Of a DNA stretch of 64,000 bases, positions 20,886 to 29,891 are shown piece after piece (positions within the stretch are counted from its first letter, which is position 1; every line of letters begins with the position of its first letter). A model generated the notes under the pieces. That model worked only from the letters and a program-made list of their open reading frames with translations. It ran no database searches and was not told the origin of the DNA. This DNA comes from a bacterium (lineage in GTDB: Bacteria; Patescibacteriota; Microgenomatia; Curtissbacterales; GWA2-41-24): assembly GCA_021813125.1 (NCBI GenBank), contig JAKALT010000001.1:23-64022 (forward strand). Reading direction: 5' to 3'. The translations under genes and the position numbers were made by a program.

Positions 20886-21494
20886 ATGGCAAGATACACC
20901 GGACCAAAACACAAGTTATGCAGGGCAGAGGGGGTCGCCTTGTGTGGATCTCCAAAATGTCCTGTCATCAGAAAAAATGCTGGCCCCCCAGGCCAACACG
21001 GCCAAAAGGGCAGGAGGAAGACTTCGGAATACGGAACACAACTTAGGGAAAAACAGAAAGTAAAAAGAATGTATGGCGTTTTGGAAAGACAATTTCAAAG
21101 ATACTATGTACTGGCTTCTAAAAAGAAAGAAGCAACTGGTGAAGCCCTTTTGGAACTTTTAGAAACAAGGCTTGACAATGCTGTATACAGGTTGAATTTG
21201 GCATCAAGCAGGCAGCAGGCAAGACAGCTCGTTTCTCATGGTCATGTTTTTGTTAACAATAAAAAGGTGACTATTCCTTCGTTTAATGTTAAAATTGGCG
21301 ACATTGTATCGCTTTCTCCAAAAGCATCAAACTTTGACTTTATAAAGAAATTACAGGAAGCAACAAAAGAAAGCACCATTCCTGCCTGGCTTGAGAAAAA
21401 AGCTACTGTCGGCAAAATTAAATCTAATCCCGGAAGGGAAGATATAGACGTTGAAGTAAACGAAAGGTTAATTGTCGAATTTTACTCAAGATAA
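20886..21494 (+). CDS. rpsD: 30S ribosomal protein S4
   Basis: MARYTGPKHKLCR... with Cys cluster. Confidence 0.95.
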   Translation: MARYTGPKHKLCRAEGVALCGSPKCPVIRKNAGPPGQHGQKGRRKTSEYGTQLREKQKVKRMYGVLERQFQRYYVLASKKKEATGEALLELLETRLDNAVYRLNLASSRQQARQLVSHGHVFVNNKKVTIPSFNVKIGDIVSLSPKASNFDFIKKLQEATKESTIPAWLEKKATVGKIKSNPGREDIDVEVNERLIVEFYSR

Positions 21495-21542
21495 TAAATA
21501 TAGAATTATAAGAAGAGTCGTAAAGGAGGTGAACTCAAAAAA

Positions 21543-22472
21543 ATGCTCGATTTATCGCAAATAGAAATAGAAACAGAAAAAGAAACAGCCGATTTTGGCA
21601 AGTTTACAATAGAGCCCTTAGACCAAGGTTATGGGCACACTATTGGAAATTCCTTAAGGCGTGTCCTTTTGAGCTCTTTGCCTGGAGCTGCTATAACGCA
21701 GGTAAAAATTTCCGGAGTTCGTCATCAATTTTCATCAATGGCTGGTATGTCCGAAGATATAGTTGAATTTATCTTAAACCTTAAAAAGGTTAGGCTTGTT
21801 ATCTCTTCAGACAAACCGGTAAAGCTGACGCTGGAAGCAAAAGGTCCCGGTGAAGTTAAGGCAAAAGATATTGTTCCAAGCGCAGGCTGCGAGATCATCA
21901 ACAAAGATTTAACACTAGCCCATTTGGCAGATTCAAAATCTAAGCTTTCTGCAACTATCATTGCCGAAAGCGGTAGGGGTTATTCTTTGGCAGACGAGCG
22001 AAAAACAGGCGAAATAGGTGTTATCCCGATCGATGCAAATTTCTCACCTGTTGTAAAAGTTGACTACAAGGTAGAAGCAACCCGTATTGGAAGAGTGACA
22101 AACTTTGATAAGCTGACCCTAATTATCACCACAGATGGCACCCTTAAGCCTTCTGAAGCACTAAAGCAGGCAGCAAAAATCTTAGTTGACCATTTCTCAA
22201 CAATTTATTCGCCACAGCCAAGTGCTAAAAAGACAACCGACGTCCAAAGCGTTGCTCAGACAGCTGTTTCCGAAGACGACCTTAAAGTCTCTCTCGAAGA
22301 ATTAGATCTTCCTGTCAGGCTAACCAATAGCCTTAAGGCAGGCAAAATCGAAACAATTGGAGACTTTTTAGAAAGTGATAAGAAAAGCTTGATGAAGATG
22401 AAAAACATGGGTCCGAAATCAATTGCCATGGTAGAGGAAAAACTTAAAGAGAGAGGATTACAAGTAAAGTGA
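21543..22472 (+). CDS. rpoA: DNA-directed RNA polymerase alpha subunit
   Basis: 309 aa, NTD and CTD layout, conserved position. Confidence 0.93.
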   Translation: MLDLSQIEIETEKETADFGKFTIEPLDQGYGHTIGNSLRRVLLSSLPGAAITQVKISGVRHQFSSMAGMSEDIVEFILNLKKVRLVISSDKPVKLTLEAKGPGEVKAKDIVPSAGCEIINKDLTLAHLADSKSKLSATIIAESGRGYSLADERKTGEIGVIPIDANFSPVVKVDYKVEATRIGRVTNFDKLTLIITTDGTLKPSEALKQAAKILVDHFSTIYSPQPSAKKTTDVQSVAQTAVSEDDLKVSLEELDLPVRLTNSLKAGKIETIGDFLESDKKSLMKMKNMGPKSIAMVEEKLKERGLQVK

Positions 22473-22966
22473 GACACGCTGTATTTGGCCGAAAGCTTGG
22501 AAGGGACACCAATTCCAGAAAAGCTCTTTTGAAAAACTTGTCAGGTGCTCTGATTATAAACGAGTCAGTAACTACAACTTTGGCAAAAACAAAGTTCGTT
22601 AAGCCTTACGTGGAAAAAATGGTCACCTTGGCAAAAGTCAGTAAGTTAGGGTCCAGACGGGTTTTGGCTTCAAGCCTGCCAAAAGCCGCCTTTAAAAAAC
22701 TAACTGAAGAGATAGCGCCCGGTTTTCAAAATAGAGCTGGTGGTTATACCCGCATAATAAAAATAGCCTCAAGGCGCGGTGATGCTGCTGCCATGGCACG
22801 CATCGAATTTATTGCTTGGGATAAACCAAAAACTTTGCAAGCTAAACCCAAAAAACTTGAATCTAAAAAAGAAAGAGTAGAAAGAAAAATTAAAAAGACT
22901 GCAAAACCTAAAAAACCATTAAAAAAAGAGACAACAAAAAAGGCAGTTAAAAAAGCTAAAATATGA
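22469..22966 (+). CDS. rplQ: 50S ribosomal protein L17 with long K-rich C-terminal tail
   Basis: L17 core plus about 50-aa basic extension. Confidence 0.9.
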   Translation: MRHAVFGRKLGRDTNSRKALLKNLSGALIINESVTTTLAKTKFVKPYVEKMVTLAKVSKLGSRRVLASSLPKAAFKKLTEEIAPGFQNRAGGYTRIIKIASRRGDAAAMARIEFIAWDKPKTLQAKPKKLESKKERVERKIKKTAKPKKPLKKETTKKAVKKAKI

Positions 22967-23373
22967 AAACAATAAAACCAAAAGATATTAAAAAAAATTG
23001 GCATCTTATAGACGCTAAAGAAAAAATTCTTGGCAGGCTTTCGTCGGAAATAGCTATGCAACTGATGGGAAAAAACAAAAGCATTTATTCACCAAACTTA
23101 GACACCGGTGATTTTGTCGTTGTCGTAAACGCCCAGAAAATATTGCTGTCAGGCAAGAAAGAAAAACAAAAAAAGTACTATCGTCATTCTGGGTATCCTG
23201 GGGGTTTATATATGAAAACTGCTCAACAAGTCAGAGAAAGCAAACCAGAGAATTTAATAAGAAATGCAGTAGAAGGAATGCTTCCCAAAACCAAAATGGG
23301 GAAAGTGATGCTTAAAAAACTTTACGTTTTCCCTGCATCAAGCCATCCTTATCAGGATAAATTCAAAAATTAA
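22963..23373 (+). CDS. rplM: 50S ribosomal protein L13
   Basis: 136 aa, canonical. Confidence 0.93.
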   Translation: MKTIKPKDIKKNWHLIDAKEKILGRLSSEIAMQLMGKNKSIYSPNLDTGDFVVVVNAQKILLSGKKEKQKKYYRHSGYPGGLYMKTAQQVRESKPENLIRNAVEGMLPKTKMGKVMLKKLYVFPASSHPYQDKFKN

Positions 23374-23374
23374 A

Positions 23375-23791
23375 ATGGAAGATCAGACAACAACCAAATC
23401 AAAGCCGTATACCTACGCTGTCGGACGCAGAAAAGAAGCTGTAGCAAGGGTGAGGTTAACAAAAGGAAAAGGGGAGAATGTTGTAAACGGTATATCTATC
23501 GAAAAGTATTTTCCTTCTGAAGCCGCAAAAACTAAATATTTAAAGCCATTTCATCTCACCAAATCTCTGGATTCATATTTTGTTTCTGTAAAAGTAACAG
23601 GTTCCGGGAAAAGCGGTCAGCTTGATGCTGTGGTCCACGGCATTGCCCGTGCTCTTAACGCTGCAAGCGATGAATTCAGGCAAAACTTAAAACGCGCCGG
23701 TCTCCTAACACGGGATCCACGCGTTAAAGAACGCCGTAAATACGGCCTGGCGCAAAAAGCCCGAAAAGGCAAGCAAAGCCCCAAACGATAA
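23375..23791 (+). CDS. rpsI: 30S ribosomal protein S9
   Basis: Ends ...RKGKQSPKR, the typical S9 C-terminus. Confidence 0.93.
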   Translation: MEDQTTTKSKPYTYAVGRRKEAVARVRLTKGKGENVVNGISIEKYFPSEAAKTKYLKPFHLTKSLDSYFVSVKVTGSGKSGQLDAVVHGIARALNAASDEFRQNLKRAGLLTRDPRVKERRKYGLAQKARKGKQSPKR

Positions 23792-23815
23792 TCAAAAGAT
23801 TTTTAGTGATAGGAT

Positions 23816-24019
23816 TTATTTATCTGAACCGTTATCAGTTTTTTTAGGTAATCCACTATCAGGTGTCTGTGAACTAACAATTTGTGTTGGTGATTCGGGT
23901 ATTCGTGTTGTAAAGGGCCCCACGAGCTCAACGGGCACTTTATGCTCTCCGTCAACGGGCATAATTGGTTTTTTTACGATAGTTTTAAAAATTTCTTTAG
24001 TGCCTTCCAGAAAACCCAT
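23816..24019 (-). CDS. Hypothetical small protein (67 aa). Weak call with no clear RBS.
   Basis: ORF only. Confidence 0.2.
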   Translation of the reverse strand: MGFLEGTKEIFKTIVKKPIMPVDGEHKVPVELVGPFTTRIPESPTQIVSSQTPDSGLPKKTDNGSDK

Positions 24020-24308
24020 GACTAATTAATTAGAGCACAAACCAAAATTGTTTGTAAAGTTTGCTTAAAAATTAACAAACGAAATCTCCTCCCATGCGAA
24101 CATGTCAGCAAATCTTTTATTTAATCCACTTTTCTTGCTCGGTCTTTCATCGCTTCTCGTCGAATCCTCGCGGAATCAACAGGTGAGAAGGTTAATGGTA
24201 GCGGAACTTCCTTCCCTTTTAAAACCGGAGTAACCTCATTGGCTACTCCGTCGGGAACAGAAGTGAAAGAGGGCTCTCCCTCTTTTCCTCCATTCATGAT
24301 TAAACCTT

Positions 24309-24337
24309 AAAAAAACCGCCCGCCATTTCTGGCGACC
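24309..24337 (-). terminator. Rho-independent terminator downstream of the minus-strand tRNA-Pro
   Basis: Minus strand reads cggtcgccagaaatggcgggcgg followed by TTTTTTT. Confidence 0.5.
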
Positions 24338-24381
24338 GTTTTGGAAATTTTACCTTGTAGCTAAATTGCTGTCAATCCTCT

Positions 24382-24454
24382 TGTCGGGGAGGGGAGAATC
24401 GAACTCCCGATACTGCACCCCCAGCGCAGTGTGTTACCACTATACTACTCCCCG
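24382..24454 (-). tRNA. tRNA-Pro (anticodon GGG)
   Basis: Folded by hand from the reverse complement: acceptor CGGGGAG/CTCCCCG, D-arm GTAT-AGTGGTA-ACAC, anticodon stem CTGCG/TGCAG with loop CTGGGGG, T-arm GGGAG-TTCGATT-CTCCC, discriminator A. Confidence 0.75.
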
Positions 24455-24652
24455 GCTTAACCTAAAAATAATACCACTACTTTTTCTGAAAGAAAAAGCA
24501 AGGTTCTGTGAGAAATTTGCAACAATTTCACCTGGCAAATTTCGAGCAGGTCCTTATACTACTCCCCGTCGTCGGAACAAATTATATCAAGCATTAATAA
24601 TAACCTCTAGCGCTAACCCTTGTTTTTTAACTAGATCTATAGTAAAACTACT

Positions 24653-25729
24653 ATGAATTTAATGAATACTACAGATGCCAAAAAGCAGGCCATAGCAACC
24701 GCAATTTCCCAAATCGAAAAAGCATACGGTAAAGGGTCCATCATGAAGATGGGCGAATCTGTTGGAAAGTTTGAAGTGGAAGTAATTTCAACAGGTTGCC
24801 TGCCCGTTGACGTTGCACTCGGAACAGGCGGACTCCCGCGCGGCAGGATAATCGAAATTTTTGGTCCCGAGGCGTCTGGCAAAACTACTCTTACATTATC
24901 AACAATTGCCCAAGCCCAAAAAAATGGCGGCAGTGCGGCGCTGATTGACGCCGAGCACGCCCTGGACCCCGCTTGGGCGCAGAAAGTCGGAGTCAATTTA
25001 GATGATTTGTTAATTTCCCAGCCGGATACTGGTGAACAAGCTTTGGAAATCACCGAAACCTTAATTAGATCAGGTGCAATTGATGTCATAGTCATAGATT
25101 CTGTTGCGGCTCTTGTTCCTCGCGCAGAAATAGAAGGGGAAATGGGCGACTCTATGATGGGTGTACAAGCGCGGCTAATGTCACAAGCTTTAAGAAAATT
25201 AACCGGAGTCATCTCCAAAAGTAAAACTGTTGCCATTTTTACCAATCAGTTGCGCGAAAAAATTGGAGTTATGTTTGGCAATCCCGAAACTACACCTGGA
25301 GGTCGAGCCCTCAAATTCTACTCATCAGTTCGATTGGATATTCGGAAAATAGACAATATCAAAGAAGGTGATAAAGTAACCGGATCGCGCCATAGAGTAA
25401 AGGTAGTGAAAAACAAGGTTGCACCGCCATTTAGAATTGCCGAATTCGACATAATGGGCGATGAGGGTATTTCAAGGGAAGGTGGTCTGCTGGACGTTGC
25501 ATTGGAGGCTGGTCTTGTCACCAAAAGCGGCGCATTTTTCCGCTGGGGCACCAAATTGGTAGGTCAAGGCAGGGAAAGCACAAAAGGTTATTTTAAGGAA
25601 CACAAAAAGGATTACGCCCAGTTGGAAAAAGAAATTTGGACCAAAATTAAAAAAGGGCTTCCGACCCAAAAAATTACCAATCACGAGTCGGAAGATGAAA
25701 AAATTTTAGAAGAAATCGCACAAGCCTAA
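24653..25729 (+). CDS. recA: Recombinase RecA
   Basis: [12 protein letters not shown] Walker A. Full RecA core, 358 aa. Confidence 0.97.
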   Translation: MNLMNTTDAKKQAIATAISQIEKAYGKGSIMKMGESVGKFEVEVISTGCLPVDVALGTGGLPRGRIIEIFGPEASGKTTLTLSTIAQAQKNGGSAALIDAEHALDPAWAQKVGVNLDDLLISQPDTGEQALEITETLIRSGAIDVIVIDSVAALVPRAEIEGEMGDSMMGVQARLMSQALRKLTGVISKSKTVAIFTNQLREKIGVMFGNPETTPGGRALKFYSSVRLDIRKIDNIKEGDKVTGSRHRVKVVKNKVAPPFRIAEFDIMGDEGISREGGLLDVALEAGLVTKSGAFFRWGTKLVGQGRESTKGYFKEHKKDYAQLEKEIWTKIKKGLPTQKITNHESEDEKILEEIAQA

Positions 25730-25730
25730 A

Positions 25731-26387
25731 GTGCCAAAAATAACGGCAATCACTTCACAGAAGAAAAAACCTTCAAGATACAATATTTATTTAGACGAAA
25801 AATTTGCTTTTGGAATAGAGACAGAAAGTTTGCTGAAGCGAAATCTAAAAATAGGCCAAGATTTAACTCAAGATGAAGTAAAAGAAATTACCAAAGAAGA
25901 CAAAATTGGAAATTTAGTAAACAAATCACTTAACTTTCTTTCCTACCGCCCTAGAAGCCAAAGCGAAGTTGAAGTTTACTTGGCCAAAAAAATTGCGGAT
26001 GCGGAAGATGTTAAATTTTCCCAGGCTAAACAAAGCCCAATCATAATTCAAGTTATTGATAAGTTAAAAAAATACAAATTCATAAATGATTATGAGTTTG
26101 CCAAGTGGTTCGTCCAATCAAGACTGAGGACAAATCCAAAAGGTTCAAAGGTAATAATTATGGAATTGAGAAGAAAGAAAATAGACCAATCAATAATCGA
26201 CAAAGTCCAAAATACTTTTCCCGATCAAAAATCGCAAGCCCTAAAATCACTTAAAAAAAAGCTCGAAAAATTTAGAAAATTTCCTGAACCAATATTTAAA
26301 AGCAAAGTTTATATGTACTTAGGATCACGAGGTTTTGACTCGGAAACTATTCGCGAAACGATTGCCTTTTTAGAAAAAAAACGTTAG
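25731..26387 (+). CDS. recX: Recombination regulator RecX-like protein
   Basis: 218 aa helical-repeat protein immediately downstream of recA. ...LSYRPRSQSEVEVYLAKK... pattern. Confidence 0.65.
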   Translation: MPKITAITSQKKKPSRYNIYLDEKFAFGIETESLLKRNLKIGQDLTQDEVKEITKEDKIGNLVNKSLNFLSYRPRSQSEVEVYLAKKIADAEDVKFSQAKQSPIIIQVIDKLKKYKFINDYEFAKWFVQSRLRTNPKGSKVIIMELRRKKIDQSIIDKVQNTFPDQKSQALKSLKKKLEKFRKFPEPIFKSKVYMYLGSRGFDSETIRETIAFLEKKR

Positions 26388-26511
26388 AATTGGCAGTTAG
26401 ATAACCAGTATAGAAGTAAAATTACTTTTTAAATGAAAAGAAGTAAATTTATCCCGCTTCAAGTAAAAAGTATATAACCTCATAGAGGCTTCTTTCCTGG
26501 TGTAAAAAATT

Positions 26512-27999
26512 ATGACTTATTTCGACGACCGTAACAAAAGACAAGGTCAGAGTGGCCAGGCAAAAGTAGTAGTTTCTGTTGGAGATAACCATCCGCAACA
26601 TGGTTACCAAGGTCAGGATGCCAGAGACATTATCCAAGACGCACGCGACGAAGCATTTCGGATTAAAAAGGCCGCCGAAGAAGAAGCTCGCAAAATTCGC
26701 CAAGAGTCTTTGGAAATTGAAAAAAGGATAGCGCAAAAAGAAGAATCCCTAGACTCTAAAATTTCCGAAGTGTCAAAACTTGAAGGAAAAATTGAAGTTG
26801 CAAGAAAAGCGCTTGCACAAAAAGAGCAAGAGCTTTCCAAAATACGCGCCGACTTAATAGAAAAACTTGCCAGAGTTTCATCCTTAACTGCTCAAGAGGC
26901 AAAAAAACTTGTCCTTGAAAACGTAGAAGAAGAACTGAAAAGCGAAATTTCCAAAAGGATCAAGGAGGCGGAAGAAAGAATTAAAGCAGAAGCATCTGCA
27001 AAAAGCAAAGAAATCATTGTAAATGCCATGATATCTGGAGCAACAGACTGGGTTGCGGAATATACCGTTTCAACAGTCAAACTGGAATCAGACGACCTAA
27101 AAGGAAGAATAATCGGCAAGGAAGGTCGAAACATTCGCGCGTTTGAGTTAGCAACAGGCGTTGATGTCGAGCTGGACAGTGACATTCAAGGTGAAGTTAG
27201 ACTTTCATCTTTTGACCCGGTTCGTCGTGAGATTGCCAGAAAGGCTCTCGAATGGCTTGTTAAAGATGCCAGAATTCAGCCAACCAGAATAGAGCAGCTT
27301 GTAGAAAAAGCCAAAAAAGAAGTTGCCGAAGACATGTCGGAAGCCGGCAAAAAAGCCGCTAGCGAACTTGGACTCTATAACCTTCCCCAAGAGGCCTTAG
27401 ATACACTAGGTCGTTTAAAATTCCGTTACTCGTATGGCCAAAATCAATTAATAGCTAGTCTTGAAACAGGAAAGATTGCCAAAAAAATCGCTCAAGAAGT
27501 TGGCGCAAACGACATAACTTGCGCCACAGGAGGCTTGTTTCACGATATCGGCAAAACCGAAGTCGACAAAGAAGGCACCCATGTTCAGCTTGGTGTCCAA
27601 CTGGCAAAAAAATGGAACTTTCCTCAAGCCATTGTTGATTGCATTGCGCAGCACCACGAAGACGAACCCTTTAGCTCAATAGAATCAATAATAGTGCACG
27701 TTGCAGATGCTGTATCTGGAGCACGGCCTGGCGCTCGACACGAAGCAGTAGAGGATTACATAAAGCGACTTACCGACATTGAAAACGTTGCGACATCTTT
27801 CCCGGGCGTAGAAAAAGCATACGCAATTCAAGCAGGCAGGGAAGTTAGAGTAATCGTTCAGCCAAACATAATAGATGACGAGGGAATTGTTACATTGTCA
27901 CACGACATAAGGCAAAAGCTTGAAGCTCAGCTAAACTACCCGGGACAAATAGTTGTTACTGTAATACGCGAAACTCGAGCAGTAGACATTGCCAAGTAA
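26512..27999 (+). CDS. rny: Ribonuclease Y (KH and HD domains). No N-terminal transmembrane helix in this ORF.
   Basis: KH motif GKEGRNIRAFELATGVDV and HD motif HDIGK...HHE. Coiled-coil N-terminal region. 495 aa. Confidence 0.9.
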   Translation: MTYFDDRNKRQGQSGQAKVVVSVGDNHPQHGYQGQDARDIIQDARDEAFRIKKAAEEEARKIRQESLEIEKRIAQKEESLDSKISEVSKLEGKIEVARKALAQKEQELSKIRADLIEKLARVSSLTAQEAKKLVLENVEEELKSEISKRIKEAEERIKAEASAKSKEIIVNAMISGATDWVAEYTVSTVKLESDDLKGRIIGKEGRNIRAFELATGVDVELDSDIQGEVRLSSFDPVRREIARKALEWLVKDARIQPTRIEQLVEKAKKEVAEDMSEAGKKAASELGLYNLPQEALDTLGRLKFRYSYGQNQLIASLETGKIAKKIAQEVGANDITCATGGLFHDIGKTEVDKEGTHVQLGVQLAKKWNFPQAIVDCIAQHHEDEPFSSIESIIVHVADAVSGARPGARHEAVEDYIKRLTDIENVATSFPGVEKAYAIQAGREVRVIVQPNIIDDEGIVTLSHDIRQKLEAQLNYPGQIVVTVIRETRAVDIAK

Positions 28000-28027
28000 T
28001 TTTTAGCTTGCTATAATAACTCTTCAA

Positions 28028-28300
28028 ATGACAAAAAAAGAACTTACAGAACGAGTTGCTAAAAAAGTCGGCCTAACCAGAAAATCCGCAGAACAAGCTG
28101 TTAATACTATCTTTGGCATAATCAAAGAATCAATGGTTAAAGGAGACAAAGTAGTAATTACAGGCTTTGGAACCTTTAAAGTTCGAAAACGTGCGACACG
28201 TGCTGGAAGAAATCCGCAAACAGGATCCTCAATAAAAATAGCAGGCCACAAACTGCCCGGCTTTACTGCCGGAAAAACCCTCAAGCGTCTAATCAAATAG
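28028..28300 (+). CDS. hup: DNA-binding protein HU
   Basis: MTKKELTERVAKKVGLTRKSAEQAVNTIFGII...GFGTFKVRKRATRAGRNPQTG canonical. Confidence 0.95.
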   Translation: MTKKELTERVAKKVGLTRKSAEQAVNTIFGIIKESMVKGDKVVITGFGTFKVRKRATRAGRNPQTGSSIKIAGHKLPGFTAGKTLKRLIK

Positions 28301-28307
28301 AAGATAA

Positions 28308-28634
28308 CTAAGCGGCCCGACGTAACTCTTTTAAACCATCCGCGTCAACAAGAAGGTTGGCTATCCGTTTTTGTACTCTGACCTCAGTGATTTGCGCTGG
28401 TGAATCCTTTGCAAGGGGAGCTGACAATGTACCTGAAGCAGTTTCTATCAACGGGTTATCGATTACCTCAGCATCTGTTAACTCAGATAAGGCCTCAAGC
28501 TCAAGCTGGGTGGCCGGATTGGGAAGACCTTTTTTGGTTCTTACATGTTCGACGAGACGCGCTCTAACAGCATTTAATTCTACTGGCGCATCAGTAATGT
28601 CAAGTACTTCTAATCTGTCTTTTTCGTTTCCCAT
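28308..28634 (-). CDS. Hypothetical acidic protein (108 aa), convergent with hup
   Basis: ORF only. Locally higher GC than surroundings. No recognised family. Confidence 0.4.
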   Translation of the reverse strand: MGNEKDRLEVLDITDAPVELNAVRARLVEHVRTKKGLPNPATQLELEALSELTDAEVIDNPLIETASGTLSAPLAKDSPAQITEVRVQKRIANLLVDADGLKELRRAA

Positions 28635-28672
28635 AAAAAAACGAGCCTCCTAGCTGGTCGCAATATACCCTT

Positions 28673-29869
28673 TTGTTGCCTAGAAGTCAAACGAAAACCA
28701 TGCTAAAATTTGCCAAAGTGAAGCCGTCATTTTTCATCCAAACTTTTGGTTGTCAACAAAACCTCGCCGACAGCCAAAGGATATCAAGTTATTATCTTGC
28801 ACGAGGTTATAGTCAGTCCAAGTCCGCAATATCTGCAAGTGAAATAGTGATAAATACTTGCATGATCCGCCAAACTGCGGAAGACAAAGTCACCGGTCTT
28901 GTTAAAAATATAGCTAAAGGAAGAAATCCAAAACCGAAAATTGTCATTACAGGTTGTATGGTCGGAATGGCAACTCGCGACGATTCTGGAAAATACATCA
29001 AAGCACTCAAAAAAAGGATGCCAGAAGTAGACGAATTTCTACCTTTAGAAGAAGTAGGCTTCGACTATCCTGCCTTAAGATCCGACATAACACATGCCTG
29101 GGTGCCAATCTCTAACGGTTGTAATAATTTTTGCACTTTTTGCGTTGTTCCTTTTACGAGAGGCAGAGAAATATCAAGGCCATACAAAGAAATCTTAAAA
29201 GAAATTGAGGATTTGTCCAAAAACGGATGCAAGGAGATTACGCTTTTAGGTCAAAATGTCAATTCATATGGTTCAGATCTTGTTAAAAGCCAGAAAAGCT
29301 ATAAATTGCCCAATGGAAAAATTGTAAAACCTGTTATCGTTAAACACTTAGGCAAATTCCGAATACCTACTCTTTTTCCATATCTGCTAGAAGACGTTTG
29401 CAATATTAAAGGAATCGAAACTGTAAAATTTATTTCCTCCAACCCGTGGGATTTTTCAAATGAGCTGATTTCAACTATCGCCAAAAATGAAAAAATTGAC
29501 CGCAACTTGCATATCGCTGTTCAATCTGGCGACGATAAAATCCTCAAAAAAATGAACAGATGGTACACCAGGTCTCAATATTTAAATTTGTTAAAAAAAA
29601 TCAAATCTAAAATCCCAAATGCACAAATCTCAACAGATATAATAGTCGGCTTCCCTGGAGAAGGAGAAAAGGAATTTCAAAACACAGTTAAATTATCAGA
29701 AACTGCAAACTTTGCATACGCATATATTTCCAAGTATTCAGACCGTCCGCAAACTGCAGCCCATAAAGGCCTTGGAGATGATGTGCCTTATGCCGAAAAA
29801 GAAAAGCGCTTCCGTATCCTCGATGAACTTATCAATCATAGGGGTAGTCCCAGAACCGCGGTGCACTAA
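28673..29869 (+). CDS. Radical SAM methylthiotransferase, MiaB/RimO family (likely true start at Met 28700). TRAM domain short or absent.
   Basis: MTTase N-domain cysteines (FGCQQN, NTC), radical SAM CxxxCxxC (CNNFCTFC), 390 aa. Confidence 0.85.
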   Translation: MLPRSQTKTMLKFAKVKPSFFIQTFGCQQNLADSQRISSYYLARGYSQSKSAISASEIVINTCMIRQTAEDKVTGLVKNIAKGRNPKPKIVITGCMVGMATRDDSGKYIKALKKRMPEVDEFLPLEEVGFDYPALRSDITHAWVPISNGCNNFCTFCVVPFTRGREISRPYKEILKEIEDLSKNGCKEITLLGQNVNSYGSDLVKSQKSYKLPNGKIVKPVIVKHLGKFRIPTLFPYLLEDVCNIKGIETVKFISSNPWDFSNELISTIAKNEKIDRNLHIAVQSGDDKILKKMNRWYTRSQYLNLLKKIKSKIPNAQISTDIIVGFPGEGEKEFQNTVKLSETANFAYAYISKYSDRPQTAAHKGLGDDVPYAEKEKRFRILDELINHRGSPRTAVH

Positions 29870-29891
29870 ACCATCTTAAATTAGAAGGTCA

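Noticed and set aside
24060-24360. Possible tmRNA (GGATTCGACG motif on the minus strand)
   Set aside because: No GGGG acceptor start and no separate tRNA-like 3' domain. The adjacent tRNA folds as a complete tRNA-Pro. Left as an unassigned structured region.
24366-24656. 96-aa plus-strand ORF from the six-frame track
   Set aside because: It overlaps the hand-folded minus-strand tRNA-Pro and its terminator and has no RBS. Artefactual.
24637-25245. 202-aa minus-strand ORF
   Set aside because: Entirely antisense to recA. No independent signal.
28357-28653. 98-aa plus-strand ORF
   Set aside because: Antisense to the more coherent 108-aa minus-strand ORF. Composition-driven.
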